DNA of 64,000 nt. It comes from Eledone cirrhosa. Lineage: Eukaryota. The position numbers and the translations under genes were made by a program. How positions within the stretch are numbered: position 1 is the stretch's first letter; each line of letters starts with the position of its first letter. This document shows positions 24,301 through 37,759 of this stretch, in pieces. The stretch is taken from positions 124,001 through 188,000 of the forward strand of contig CAXHJY010000168.1 of NCBI GenBank assembly GCA_964016885.1, written 5' to 3'. The notes under the pieces are model-generated. The model did no database searches. It saw nothing but the letters and a program-made list of their open reading frames with translations, and was not told the DNA's origin.

Positions 24301-27300
24301 CCGTTTTTCATTTGGGTACCCTGTTTTTTATTTGGGTGCCCCGTTTTTTTATGGGGGGGGGTCCGTTTTTTATTTGGGTGCCCCGTTTTTTATTTGGGTG
24401 CCCCGTTTTTTTATGAGGGTGTCAGTTTTTTATTTGGGTACCCCGTTTTTTATTTGGGTGCCCCGTTTTTATGGGGGGTCCGTTTTTTATTTGGGTACCC
24501 CGTTTTTTATTTGGATGCCCCGTTTTTTTATGGGGGGGTCCGTTTTTTATTTGGGTACCCCGTTTTTTATTTGGGTGTCCCGTTTTTTTATGGGGGTGTC
24601 CGTTTTTTAATTGGGTGCCCCGTTTTTTTATGGGGGGGCGTTATTTATTTGGGTACCCCGTTTTTTATTTTGGGTGTCCCGTTTTTTTATGGGGGGGGCC
24701 GTTTTTTATTTGGGTGCCCCGTTTTTTGGGTCCGTTTTTTATTTGGGTACCCCGTTTTTTATTTGGGTGCCCCGTTTTCTTATGGGGTGGTCCGTTCTTT
24801 ATTTGGGTGCCCCGTTTTTTGGGTCCGTTTTTATTTGGGTACCCCGTTATTTATTTCGGTGCCCCGTTTTTTTATGGGGGGTCCGTTTTCTATTTCGGTG
24901 CCCCGTTTTTTTATGGGGGGGTCCGTTTTTTATTTGGGTGCCCCGTTTTTTTATGGGGGGGTCCGTTTTTTATTTGGGTGCCCCGTTTTTTATTTGGGTG
25001 CCCCGTTTTTTTATGGGGGAGTCCGTTTTTTATTTGGGTGCCCCGTTTTTTTATGGGGGGGGGCGTTTTTCAATTGGGTGCCCCGTTTTTTTATGGGGGG
25101 GTCCGTTTTTTATTTGGGTACCCCGTTTTATTATTTTGGGTGCCCCGATTTTTTATGGGGGGGGGCGTTTTTATTTGGGTGTCCCGTTTTTTTATGGGGG
25201 GGTCCGTTTTTTATTTCGGTGCCCCGTTTTTTTTATGGGGGGGTCCGTTTTTTATTTGGGTGCCCCGTTTTTTATTTGGGTGCCCCGTTTTTTTATGGGG
25301 GAGTCCGTTTTTTATTTGGGTGCCCCGTTTTTTTATGGGGGAGTCCGTTTTTTATTTGGGTGCCCCGTTTTTTTATGGGGGGGTCCGTTTTTCAATTGGG
25401 TGCCCCGTTATTTTATGGGGGGGTCCGTTTTTTATTTGGGTACCCCGTTTTTTATTTTGGGTGCCCCGACTTTTTATGGGGGGGGGCCGTTTTTTATTTG
25501 GGTACCCCGTTTTTTTATGGGGGGTCCGTTTTTTATTTGGGTACCCCGTTTTTTATTTGGGTGCCCCGTTTTTTATTTGGGTACCCCGTTTTTTATTTGG
25601 ATGCCCCGTTTTTTTATGGGGGGGTCCGTTTTTTATTTGGGTACCCCGTTTTTTATTTGGGTGCCCCGTTTTTTTATGGGGGTGTCGGTTTTTTATTTTG
25701 GGTGCCCCGTTTTTTTATGGGGGGGCCGTTTTTTATTTGGGTGCCCCTTTTTTTGGGTCCGTTTTTTATTTGGGTACCCCGTTTTTTATTTGGGTGCCCC
25801 GTTTTTTATTTGGGTACCCCGTTTTTTATTTGGGTGCCCCGTTTTTTTATGGGGGGGGGGCCGTTTTTTATTTGGGTGCCCCGTTTTTTATTTGGGTACC
25901 CCGTTTTTTATTTGGGTGCCCCGTTTTTTTATGGGGTGGTCCGTTCTTTATTTGGGTGCCCCGTTTTTTGGTTCCGTTTTTATTTGGGTACCCCGTTATT
26001 TATTTCGGTGCCCCGTTTTTTTTATGGGTGTCCGTTTTTTATTTCGGTGCCCCGTTTTTTATGGGGGGTCCGTTTTTTATTTGGGTGCCCCGTTTTTTAT
26101 TTGAGTGCCCCGTTTTTTATTTGGGTACCCCGTTTTTTAATTGGGTGCCCCGTTTTTTATGGGGGGTCCGTTTTTTATTTGGGTGCCCCGTTCTTTTATG
26201 GGGGGGTCCATTTTTTATTTGGGTGCCCCGTTTTTTATTTGGGTGCCCCGTTTTTTTATGGGGTGGTCCGTTCTTTATTTGGGTGCCCCGTTTTTTGGGT
26301 CCGTTTTTATTTGGGTACCCCGTTATTTATTTCGGTGCCCCGTTTTTTATGGGGGAGTCCGTTTTTTATTTGGGTACCCCGTTTTTTATTTTGGGTGCCC
26401 CGATTTTTATGGGGGGGGCGTTTTTTATTTGGGTGCCCCGTTTTTTTATGTGGGGGTCTGTTTTTTATTTGGGTGCCCCGTTTTTCAATTGGGTGCCCCG
26501 TTTTTTTATGGGGGGGTCCGTTTTTTATTTGGGTACCCCGTTTTTTATTTTGGGTGCCCCGATTTTTTATGGGGGGGGCCGTTTTTTATTTGGGTGCCCC
26601 GTTTTTTTATGGGGGGGTCCGTTTTTTATTTGGGTACCCCGTTTTTTATTTGGGTGCCCCGTTTTTTATTTGGGTACCCCTTTTTTATTTGGATGCCCCG
26701 TTTTTTTATGGGGGGGTCCGTTTTTTATTTGGGTACCCCGTTTTTTATTTGGGTGTCCCGTTTTTTTATGGGGGTGTCCGTTTTTTAATTGGGTGCCCCG
26801 TTTTTTTATGGGGGGGCGTTATTTATTTGGGTACCCCGTTTTTTATTTTGGGTGCCCCGTTTTTTTATGGAGGGGGGGCCGTTTTTTATTTGGGTGCCCC
26901 GTTTTTGGGGTCCGTTTTTTATTTGGGTACCCCGTTTTTTATTTCGGTGCCCCGTTTTTTTATGGGGGGTCCGTTTTTTATTTGGGTGCCCCGGTTTTTT
27001 TATGGGGGGGCTCCGTTTTCTATTTGGGTACACCGTTTTTTATTTGGGTGCCCCGTTTTTTTATGTGGGGGTCCGTTTTTTATTTGGGTGCCCCGTTTTT
27101 TATTTGGGTGCCCCGTTTTTTTAAGGGGGGGGTCCGTTTTTTATTTGGGTGCCCCGTTTTTTTATGGGGGGTCCTTTTTTTATTTTTGTACCCCGTATTT
27201 TATTTGGGTGTCCCGTTTTTTTATGGGGGGGGGTACGTTTTTTATTTGGGTGCCCCGTTTTTTTATGAGGGTGTCAGTTTTTTATTTGGGTACCCCGTTT

Positions 27301-30300
27301 TTTATTTGGGTGCCCCGTTTTTTATGGAGGGGTCCGTTTTTTATTTGGGTGCCCCATTTTTTTAGGGGGGGTCCGTTTTTTATTTGGGTGCCCCGTTTTT
27401 TATTTGGGGACCCCGTTTTTTGGTCCGTTTTTTATTTGGGTACCCCGTTTTTTATTTCGGTGCCCTGTTTTTTTATGGGGGGGTCCGTTTTTTATTTGGG
27501 TGCCCCGTTTTTTATTTGGGTGTCCCGTTTTTTATGGGGGGGTACGTTTTTTATTTCGGTGCCCCGTTTTTTTATGAGGGAGTCATTTTTTTATTTGGGT
27601 ACCCCGTTTTTTATTTGGGTGCCCCGTTTTTTATGGCGGGGTCCGTTTTTTATTTGGGTGCCCCGTTTTTTTAGGGGGGGGTCCGTTTTTTATTTGGGTG
27701 CCCCGTTTTTTATTTGGGTACCCCGTTTTTTATTTCAGTGCCCCGTTTTTTTATGGGGGGGTCCGTTTTTTATTTGGGTGCCCCGTTTTTTATTTGGGTG
27801 CCCCGTTTTTTGTTTGGGTACCCCCAATTTTATTTGGGTGCCCCGTTTTTTTATGGGGGGTTCGTTTTTTATTTGGGTGCCCCATTTTTTTATGGGGGGG
27901 TCCGTTTTTATTTGGGTGCCCCGTTTTTTATTTGGGTACCCCGTTTTTTGGGTCCGTTTTTTATTTGGGTACCCCGTTTTTTAATTGGGTGCCCCGTTTT
28001 TTATGGGGGGTCCGTTTTTTATTTGGGTGCCCCGTTTTTTTATGGGGGGTCCATTTTTTATTTGGGTGCCCCGTTTTTTGGGTCCGTTTTTTATTTGGGT
28101 ACCCCGTTTTTTATTTCGGTGCCCCGTTTTTTTATGGGGGGTCCGTTTTTTATTTGGGTGCCCCGGTTTTTTTATGGGGGGGCTCCGTTTTTTATTTGGG
28201 TGCACTTTTTTTTTATTTGGGTACCCCGTTTTTTATTTGGATGCCCCGTTTTTTATGGGGGGGGTCCGTTTTTTATTTGGGTACCCCGTTTTTTATTTGG
28301 GTGCCCCGTTTTTTTATGGGGGGGTCCGTTTTTTATTTGGGTGCCCCGTTTTTTTATGGGGGGGTCTTTTTTTTATTTTTGTACCCCGTATTTTATTTGG
28401 GTGTCCCGTTTTTTTATGGGGGTGTCAGTTTTTTATTTGGGTACCCCGTTTTTTATTTGGGTGCCCCATTTTTTATGGCGGGGTCCGTTTTTTATTTGGG
28501 TGCCCCGTTTTTTTAGGGGGGGTCCGTTTTTTATTTGGGTGCCCCGTTTTTTATTTGGGACCCCGTTTTTTGGTCCGTTTTTTATTTGGGTACCCCGTTT
28601 TTTATTTCGGTGCCGTTTTTTTATGGGGGGGTCCGTTTTTTATTTGGGTGCCCCGTTTTTTATTTGGTTGCCCCGTTTTTTATTTGGGTGCCCCGTTTTT
28701 TTATGGGGGGGCCGTTTTTTATTTGGGTACCCCGTTTTTTAATTGGGTGCCCCTATTTTTTATTTGGGTGCCCCGTTTTTTTTATGGGGGGGTCCGTTTT
28801 TTATTTGGGTGCCCCGTTTTTTATTTGGGTGCCCCGTTTTTGTATGGGGGGGGTCCGTTTTTTATTTGGGTGCCGTTTTTTATTTGGGTGCCCCGTTTTG
28901 GGGTCCGTTTTTTATTTGTGTGCCGCGTTTTTTTTATTGGGGGTCCGTTTTTTATTTGGATGCCCCGTTTTTTATTTGGGTGCCCCGTTTTTTTATTTGG
29001 GTACCCCGTTTTTTACCTGGGTGCCCCGATTTTTATGGGGGGTCCGTTTTTTATTTGGGTGCCCCGTTTTTTTATGAGGGGGTTCTTTTTTTATTTGGGT
29101 ACCCTGTTTTTTATTTGGGTGCCCCTTTTTTTATGGGGGGTCCGTTTTTTATTTCGGTGCCCCGTTTTTTTATGGGGGGGTCCGTTTTTTATTTGGGTGC
29201 CCCGTTTTTTATTTGGGTGCCCCGTTTTTGTATGGGGGGTCCGTTTTTTATTTGAGTGCCGTTTTTTATTTGGGTGCCCCGTTTTTTATTTGGGGACCTC
29301 GTTTTTTGGTCCGTTTTTTATTTGGGTGCCCCGTTTTTTGGGTCCGTTTTTTATTTGGGTACCCCGTTTTTTATTTCGGTGCCCCGTTTTTTTATGGGGG
29401 GTCCGCTTTTTATTTCGGTGCCCCGTTTTTTTATGGGGGGGTCCGTTTTTTATCTGGGTGCCCCGCTTTTGTATGGGGGGTCCGTTTTTTATTTGGGTGC
29501 CGTTTTTTATTTGGGTGCCCCGTTTTTTGGGTCCGTTTTTTATTTGTGTGCCCCGTTTTTTTTATTGGGGGTCCGTTTTTTATTTGGATGCCCCGTTTTT
29601 TATTTGGGTGCCCCGTTTTTTTATTTGGGTACCCCGTTTTTTACTTGGGTGCCCCGTTTTTTATGGGGGGGTCCGTTTTTTATTTGGCTGCCCCGTTTTT
29701 TTATGAGGGGGTTCTTTTTTTATTTGGGTACCCCGTTTTTTATTTGGGTGCCCCGTTTTTTATGGGGGGTCCGTTTTTTATTTCGGTGCCCCGTTTTTTT
29801 ATGGGGGGGTCCGTTTTTTATTTGGGTGCCCCGTTTTTTATTTGGGTGCCCCGTTTTTGTATGGGGGGGGTCCGTTTTTTATTTGGGTGCCCCGTTTTTT
29901 TTATGGGGGGGGTCCGTTTTTTATTTGGGTGTCCCGTTTTTTATTTGGGTGCCCCGTTTTTTATTTGGGTACCCCGTTTTTTGTTTGGGTACCCCGTATT
30001 TTATTTGGGTGCCCCGTTTTTTTATGGGGGGGTCCGTTTTTTATTTGGGTGCCCCGTTTTTTTATGGGGGGTCCGTTTTTCATTTGGGTGCCCCGTTTTT
30101 TATTTGGGTGCCCCGTTTTTTATTTGGGTACCCCGTTTTTTATTTGGATGCCCCGTTTTTTATGAGGTGGTGCGTTCTTTATTTGGGTACCCCGTTTTTT
30201 ATTTGGGTGCCCCGTTTTTTTATGGGGGTGTCCGTTTTTTATTTGGGTGCCCCGTTTTTTTTATTGGGGGTCCGTTTTTTATTTGGATGCCCCGTGTTTT

Positions 30301-30404
30301 ATTTGGGTACCCTGTTTTTTAATTGGGTGCCCCGTTTTTTTATGGGGGGATCCGTTTTTTATTTGGGTGCCCCGTTTTTTATGGGGGGTCCGTTTTTTAA
30401 TTGG

Positions 30405-31420
30405 GTGCCCCGTTTTTTTATGGGGGGGTCCGTTTTTTATTTGGGTGCCCCGTTTTTTATTTGGGTACCCCGTTTTTTGTTTGGGTACCCCGTATTTTAT
30501 TTTGGTGCCCCGTTTTTTTATGGTGGGGGGTCCGTTTTTTATTTGGGTGCCCCGTTTTTTTATGGGGGTGTCAGTTTTTTATTTGGGTACCCCGTCTTTT
30601 ATTTGGGTGCCCCGTTTTTTATTTGGGTGCCCCGTTCTTTTATGGGGGGTCCGTTTTTTATTTGGGTGCCCCGTTTTTTTTATTGGGGGTCCGTTTTTTA
30701 TTTGGATGCCCCGTTTTTTATTTGGGTACCCCGTTTTTTACTTCGGTGCCCCGTTCTTTATGGGGGGGTCCGTTTTTTATTTGGGTGCCCCGTTTTTTAT
30801 GAGGGGGTTCTTTTTTTATTTGGGTACCCCGTTTTTTATATGGGTGCCCCGTTTTTTATGGGGGGTCCGTTTTCTATTTCGGTGCCCCGTTTTTTTATGG
30901 GGGGGTCCGTTTTTTATTTGGGTGCCCCGTTTTTTATTTGGGTACCCCGTTTTTTGTTTGGGTACCCCGTATTTTATTTTGGTGCCCCGTTTTTTTATGG
31001 TGGGGGGTCCGTTTTTTATTTGGGTGCCCCGTTTTTTTATGGGGGTGTCAGTTTTTTATTTGGGTACCCCGTCTTTTATTTGGGTGCCCCGTTTTTTATT
31101 TGGGTGCCCCGTTCTTTTATGGGGGGTCCGTTTTTTATTTGGGTGCCCCGTTTTTTTTATTGGGGGTCCGTTTTTTATTTGGATGCCCCGTTTTTTATTT
31201 GGGTACCCCGTTTTTTACTTCGGTGCCCCGTTCTTTATGGGGGGGTCCGTTTTTTATTTGGGTGCCCCGTTTTTTATGAGGGGGTTCTTTTTTTATTTGG
31301 GTACCCCGTTTTTTATATGGGTGCCCCGTTTTTTATGGGGGGTCCGTTTTCTATTTCGGTGCCCCGTTTTTTTATGGGGGGGTCCGTTTTTTATTTGGGT
31401 GCCCCGTTTTTTATTTGGGT
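30405..31420. repeat. 477-bp tandem duplication in array B
   Basis: TGGTGGGGGG occurs at 30521 and 30998. Matching pseudo-ORF stops lie at 30802 and 31279, and the order of variants is the same in both copies. Confidence 0.9.
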
Positions 31421-31919
31421 GCCCCGTTTTTGTATGGGGGGGTCCGTTTTTTATTTGGGTGCCGTTTTTTATTTGGGTGCCCCGTTTTTTATATGGGGAC
31501 CTCGTTTTTTGGTCCGTTTTTTATTTGGGTACCCCGTTTTTTATTTCGGTGCCCCGTTTTTTTTATGGGGGGGTCCGTTTTTTATTTGGGTGCCCCGTTT
31601 TTTATTTGGGTGCCCCGTTTTTTTTATGGGGGGGTCCGTTTTTTATTTGGGTGCCCCGTTTTTTTATGGGGGGGTCCGTTTTTTATTTGGGTACCCCGTT
31701 TTTTAATTGGGTGCCCCGTTTTTTTATGGGGGGGTCCGTTTTTTATTTGGGTGCCCCGTTTTTTATGGGGGGTCCGTTTTTTATTTGGGTGCCCCGTTTT
31801 TTATGTGGGTGCCCCGTTTTTTATTTGGGTACCCCGTTTTTTATTTGGATGCCCCGTTTTTTTATGGGGGGGTGCGTTTTTTATTTGGGTACCCCGTTTT
31901 TTATTTGGGTGCCCCGTTT

Positions 31920-34900
31920 TTTTATGGGGGTGTCCGTTTTTTAATTGGGTGCCCCGTTTTTTTATGGGGGGGTCCGTTTTTTATTTGGGTGCCCCGTTTT
32001 TTGGGTCCGTTTTTTATTTGGGTACCCCGTTTTTTATTTGGGTGCCCCGTTTTTTTATGGGGGGTCCGTTTTTAATTTGGGTGCCCCGTTTTTTTATGGG
32101 GGGGTCCGTTTTTTATTTGGGTGCCCCGTTTTTTGGGTCCGTTTTTTATTTGGGTACCCCGTTTTTTATTTGGGTGCCCCGTTTTTTTATGGGGGGTCCG
32201 TTTTTAATTTGGGTGCCCCTTTTTTATGGGGGGGTCCGTTTTTTATTTGGGTGCCCCGTTTTTTATTTGGGTGCACCGTTTTTTATTTGGGTACCCCGTT
32301 TTTTATTTGGATACCCCGTTTTTTTATGGGGAGGGGTCCGTTTTTTATTTGGGTACCCCGTTTTTTATTTGGGTGCCCCGTTATTTATGGGGGGGTCCGT
32401 TTTTTATTTGGGTGCCCCGTTTTTTTATGGGGGGTCCGTTTTTTATTTTTGTACCCTGTTTTTTTATTTGGGTGCCCCGTTATTTTATGGGGGGGTCCGT
32501 TTTTTATTTGGGTGCTCCGTTTTTTTAGGGGGGTCCGTTTTTTTATTTGGGTTACCCCGTTTTTTATTTGGGTACCCCGTTTTTTGGGTCCGTTTTTTAT
32601 TTGGGTACCCTGTTTTTTTATTTGGGTGCCCCGTTTTTTTATGGGGGGTCCGTTTTTTATTTTTGTACCCTGTTTTTTTATTTGGGTGCCCCGTTTTTTT
32701 ATGGATGGTCCGTTTTTTATTTGGGTGCCCCGTTTTTTTATGGGGGTTCCGTTTTTTATTTGGGTGCCCCATTTTTTATTTGGGTGCCCCGTTTTTTTAT
32801 GGGGGGGTCCGTTTTTTTTTGGGTGCCCCGTTTTTTATTTGGGTGCCCCGTTTTTTATGGGGGTGTCAGTTTGTTATTTGGGTACCCCGTTTTTTATTTG
32901 GGTGCACCGTTTTTTATTTGGGTGCCCCGTTCTTTTATGGGGGGGTCCGTTTTTTATTTGGGTGCCCCGTTTTTTTATGGGGGGGTCCGTTTTTTATTTG
33001 GGTGCCCCGTTTTTTTATGGGGGGGTCCGTTTTTTATGGGGGGGGGGGCGTTTTTTATTTGTGTGCCCCGTTCTTTATTTGGGTACCTCGTTTTTTGGGT
33101 CCGTTTTTTATTTGGGTACCCCGTTTTTTAATTAGGTGCCCCTATTTTTTATGGGGGGGTCCGTTTTCTATTTGGGTGCCCCGTTTTTTTATGGGGGGTC
33201 CGTTTTTTATTTGGGTACCCCGTTTTTTATTTGGGTGCCCCGTTTTTTTATGGGGGTGTCCGTTTTTTATTTGGGTGCCCCGTTTTTTTATGGGGGGGAC
33301 CGTTTTTTATTTGGGTGCCCCGTTTTTTGGGTCCGTTTTTTATTTGGGTACCCCGTTTTTTATTTCGGTGTCCCGTTCTTTTATGGGGGGTCCGTTTTTT
33401 TATTTCGGTGCCCCGTTTTTTTATGGGGGGGTCCGTTTTTTATTTGGGTGCCCCGTTTTTTATTTGGGTGCCCCGTTTTTGTATGGGGGTGTCCGTTTTT
33501 TATTTGGGTACACGTTTTTTATTTGGGTGTCCCGTTTTTTTATGGGGGGGTACGTTTTTTATTTGGGTGCCCCGTTTTTTATTTGGGTGCCCCGTTTCTT
33601 ATTTGGGTGCCCCGTTTTTTTATGGGGGGGTTCCGTTTTTTATTTGTGTGCCCCGTTTTTTGGGTCCGTTTTTTACTTGGCGACACCGTATTTTTATTTG
33701 GGTGCCCCGTTTTTTTATGGGGGTGTCCGTCTTTTATTTGGGTACACGTTTTTTATTTGGGTGTCCCGTTTTTTATGGGGGGGGGTCCGTTTTTTATTTG
33801 GGTGCCCCGTTTCTTATTTGGGTGCCCCGTTTTTTATGGGGGGGTTCCGTTTTTTATTTGGGTGCCCCGTTTTTGGGGTCCGTTTTTTACTTGGGTACAC
33901 CGTTTTTTTATTTGGGTGCCCCGTTTTTTTATGGGGGGTCCGTTTTTTATTTGGGTGCCCCGTTTTTTGGGTCCGTTTTTTATTTGGGTACCCCGTTTTT
34001 TATTTCGGTGCCTCGTTTTTTTATGGGGGGTCCGTTCTTTATTTCGGTGCCCCGTTTTTTTATGGGGGGGTCCGTTTTTTATTTGGGTGCCCCGTTTTTT
34101 ATTTGGGTACCCCGTTTTTTATTTGGGTACCCCGTTTTTTATTTCGGTGCCTCGTTTTTTTATGGGGGGTCCGTTTTTTTATTTCGGTGCCCCGTTTTTT
34201 TATGGGGGGGTCCGTTTTTTATTTGGGTGCCCCGTTTTTTATTTGGGTACCCCGTTTTTTATTTGGGTGCCCCGTTTTTTATTTGGGTACCTTGTTTTTT
34301 ATTTGGGTGTCCCGTTTTTTGGGTCCGTTTTTTATTTGGATGCCCCGTTTTTTATTTGGGTGCCCCGTTTTTTTATTTGGGTACCCCGTTTTTTGCTTGG
34401 GTGCCCCGTTTTTTATGGGGGGGTCCGTTTTTTATTTGGGTGCCCCGTTTTTTTATGAGGGGGTTCTTTTTTTATTTGGGTACCCCGTTTTTTATTTGGG
34501 TGCCCCGTTTTTCATGGCGGGGTCCGTTTTTTATTTGGGTGCCCCGTTTTTTTAGGGGGGGTCCGTTTTTTATTTGGGGACCTCGTTTTTTGGTCCGTTT
34601 ATTATTTGGGTACCCCGTTTTTTATTTCGGTGCCCCGTTATTTTATGCGGGGTGTCCGTTTTTTATTTGGGTACACGTTTTTTATTTGGGTGTCCCGTTT
34701 TTTTATGGGGGGGTCCGTTTTTTATTTGGGTGCCCCGTTTTTTATTTGGGTGCCCCGTTTTTTTAGGGGGGGTCCGTTTTTTATTTGGGGACCTCGTTTT
34801 TTGGTCCGTTTATTATTTGGGTACCCCGTTTTTTATTTCGGTGCCCCGTTATTTTATGCGGGGTGTCCGTTTATTATTTGGGTACCCCGTTTTTTATTTC

Positions 34901-37550
34901 GGTGCCCCGTTATTTTATGCGGGGTGTCCGTTTTTTATTTGGGTACACGTTTTTTATTTGGGTGTCCCGTTTTTTTATGGGGGTGTCCGTTTTTTAATTG
35001 GGTGCCCCGTTTTTTTATGGGGGGGTCCGTTTTTTATTTGGGTGCCCCGTTTTTTGGGTCCGTTTTTTATTTGGGTACCCCGTTATTTATTTGGGTGCCC
35101 CGTTTTTTTATGGGGGGTCCGTTTTTAATTTGGGTGCCCCGTTTTTTTATGGGGGGGTCCGTTTTTTATTTGGGTGCCCCGTTTTTTGGGTCCGTTTTTT
35201 ATTTGGGTACCCCGTTTTTTATTTGGGTGCCCCGTTTTTTTATGGGGGGTCCGTTTTTAATTTGGGTGCCCCGTTTTTTGATGGGGGGGTCCGTTTTTTA
35301 TTTGGGTGCCCCGTTTTTTATTTGGGTGCACCGTTTTTTATTTGGGTACCCCGTTTTTTATTTGGATACCCCGTTTTTTTATGGGGAGGGGTCCGTTTTT
35401 TATTTGGGTACCCCGTTTTTTATTTGGGTGCCCCGTTATTTATGGGGGGGTCCGTTTTTTATTTGGGTGCCCCGTTTTTTTATGGGGGGTCCGTTTTTTA
35501 TTTTTGTACCCTGTTTTTTTATTTGGGTGCCCCGTTATTTTATGGGGGGGTCCGTTTTTTATTTGGGTGCTCCGTTTTTTTAGGGGGGTCCGTTTTTTTA
35601 TTTGGGTTACCCCGTTTTTTATTTGGGTACCCCGTTTTTTGGGTCCGTTTTTTATTTGGGTACCCTGTTTTTTTATTTGGGTGCCCCGTTTTTTTATGGG
35701 GGGGTCCGTTTTTTATTTTTGTACCCTGTTTTTTTATTTGGGTGCCCCGTTTTTTTATGGATGGTCCGTTTTTTATTTGGGTGCCCCGTTTTTTTATGGG
35801 GGTTCCGTTTTTTATTTGGATGCCCCATTTTTTATTTGGGTGCCCCGTTTTTTTATGGGGGGGTCCGTTTTTTTTTTGGGTGCCCCGTTTTTTATTTGGG
35901 TGCCCCGTTTTTTATGGGGGTGTCAGTTTGTTATTTGGGTACCCCGTTTTTTATTTGGGTGCACCGTTTTTTATTTGGGTGCCCCGTTCTTTTATGGGGG
36001 GGTCCGTTTTTTATTTGGGTGCCCCGTTTTTTTATGGGGGGGTCCGTTTTTTATTTGGGTGCCCCGTTTTTTTATGGGGGGGTCCGTTTTTTATGGGGGG
36101 GGGGCGTTTTTTATTTGTGTGCCCCGTTCTTTATTTGGGTACCTCGTTTTTTGGGTCCGTTTTTTATTTGGGTACCCCGTTTTTTAATTAGGTGCCCCTA
36201 TTTTTTATGGGGGGGTCCGTTTTTTATTTGGGTGCCCCGTTTTTTTATGGGGGGTCCGTTTTTTATTTGGGTACCCCGTTTTTTATTTGGGTGCCCCGTT
36301 TTTTTATGGGGGTGTCCGTTTTTTATTTGGGTGCCCCGTTTTTTTATTGGGGGGACCGTTTTTTATTTGGGTGCCCCGTTTTTTGGGTCCGTTTTTTATT
36401 TGGGTACCCCGTTTTTTATTTCGGTGTCCCGTTCTTTTATGGGGGGTCCGTTTTTTTATTTCGGTGCCCCGTTTTTTTATGGGGGGGTCCGTTTTTTATT
36501 TGGGTGCCCCGTTTTTTATTTGGGTGCCCCGTTTTTGTATGGGGGTGTCCGTTTTTTATTTGGGTACACGTTTTTTATTTGGGTGTCCCGTTTTTTTATG
36601 GGGGGGTACGTTTTTTATTTGGGTGCCCCGTTTTTTATTTGGGTGCCCCGTTTCTTATTTGGGTGCCACGTTTTTTTATGGGGGGGTTCCGTTTTTTATT
36701 TGTGTGCCCCGTTTTTTGGGTCCGTTTTTTACTTGGGGACACCGTATTTTTATTTGGGTGCCCCGTTTTTTTATGGGGGTGTCCGTCTTTTATTTGGGTA
36801 CACGTTTTTTATTTGGGTGTCCCGTTTTTTATGGGGGGGGGTCCGTTTTTTATTTGGGTGCCCCGTTTCTTATTTGGGTGCCCCGTTTTTTATGGGGGGG
36901 TTCCGTTTTTTATTTGGGTGCCCCGTTTTTGGGGTCCGTTTTTTACTTGGGTACACCGTTTTTTTATTTGGGTGCCCCGTTTTTTTATGGGGGGTCCGTT
37001 TTTTATTTGGGTGCCCCGTTTTTTGGGTCCGTTTTTTATTTGGGTACCCCGTTTTTTATTTCGGTGCCTCGTTTTTTTATGGGGGGTCCGTTCTTTATTT
37101 CGGTGCCCCGTTTTTTTATGGGGGGGTCCGTTTTTTATTTGGGTGCCCCGTTTTTTATTTGGGTACCCCGTTTTTTATTTGGGTACCCCGTTTTTTATTT
37201 CGGTGCCTCGTTTTTTTATGGGGGGTCCGTTTTTTTATTTCGGTGCCCCGTTTTTTTATGGGGGGGTCCGTTTTTTATTTGGGTGCCCCGTTTTTTATTT
37301 GGGTACCCCGTTTTTTATTTGGGTGCCCCGTTTTTTATTTGGGTACCTTGTTTTTTATTTGGGTGCCCCGTTTTTTGGGTCCGTTTTTTATTTGGATGCC
37401 CCGTTTTTTATTTGGGTGCCCCGTTTTTTTATTTGGGTACCCCGTTTTTTGCTTGGGTGCCCCGTTTTTTATGGGGGGGTCCGTTTTTTATTTGGGTGCC
37501 CCGTTTTTTTATGAGGGGGTTCTTTTTTTATTTGGGTACCCCGTTTTTTA
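31920..37550. repeat. ~3055-bp tandem duplication in array B (about 1.8 copies)
   Basis: Near-identical pseudo-ORFs start at 31945/34998, 32547/35602, 33136/36192 and 33231/36287. Shared rare variants include GGATACC, ATGGATGG and AATTAGGTGCCCCTA. Confidence 0.9.
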
Positions 37551-37759
37551 TTTCGGTGCCCCGTTATTTTATGCGGGGTGTCCGTTTTTTATTTGGGTAC
37601 ACGTTTTTTATTTGGGTGTCCCGTTTTTTTATGGGGGGGTCCGTTTTTTATTTGGGTGCCCCGTTTTTTATTTGGGTGCCCCGTTTCTTATTTGGGTGCC
37701 CCGTTTTTTTATGGGGGGGTACCGTTTTTTATTTGGGTGCCCCGTTTTTGGGGTCCGTT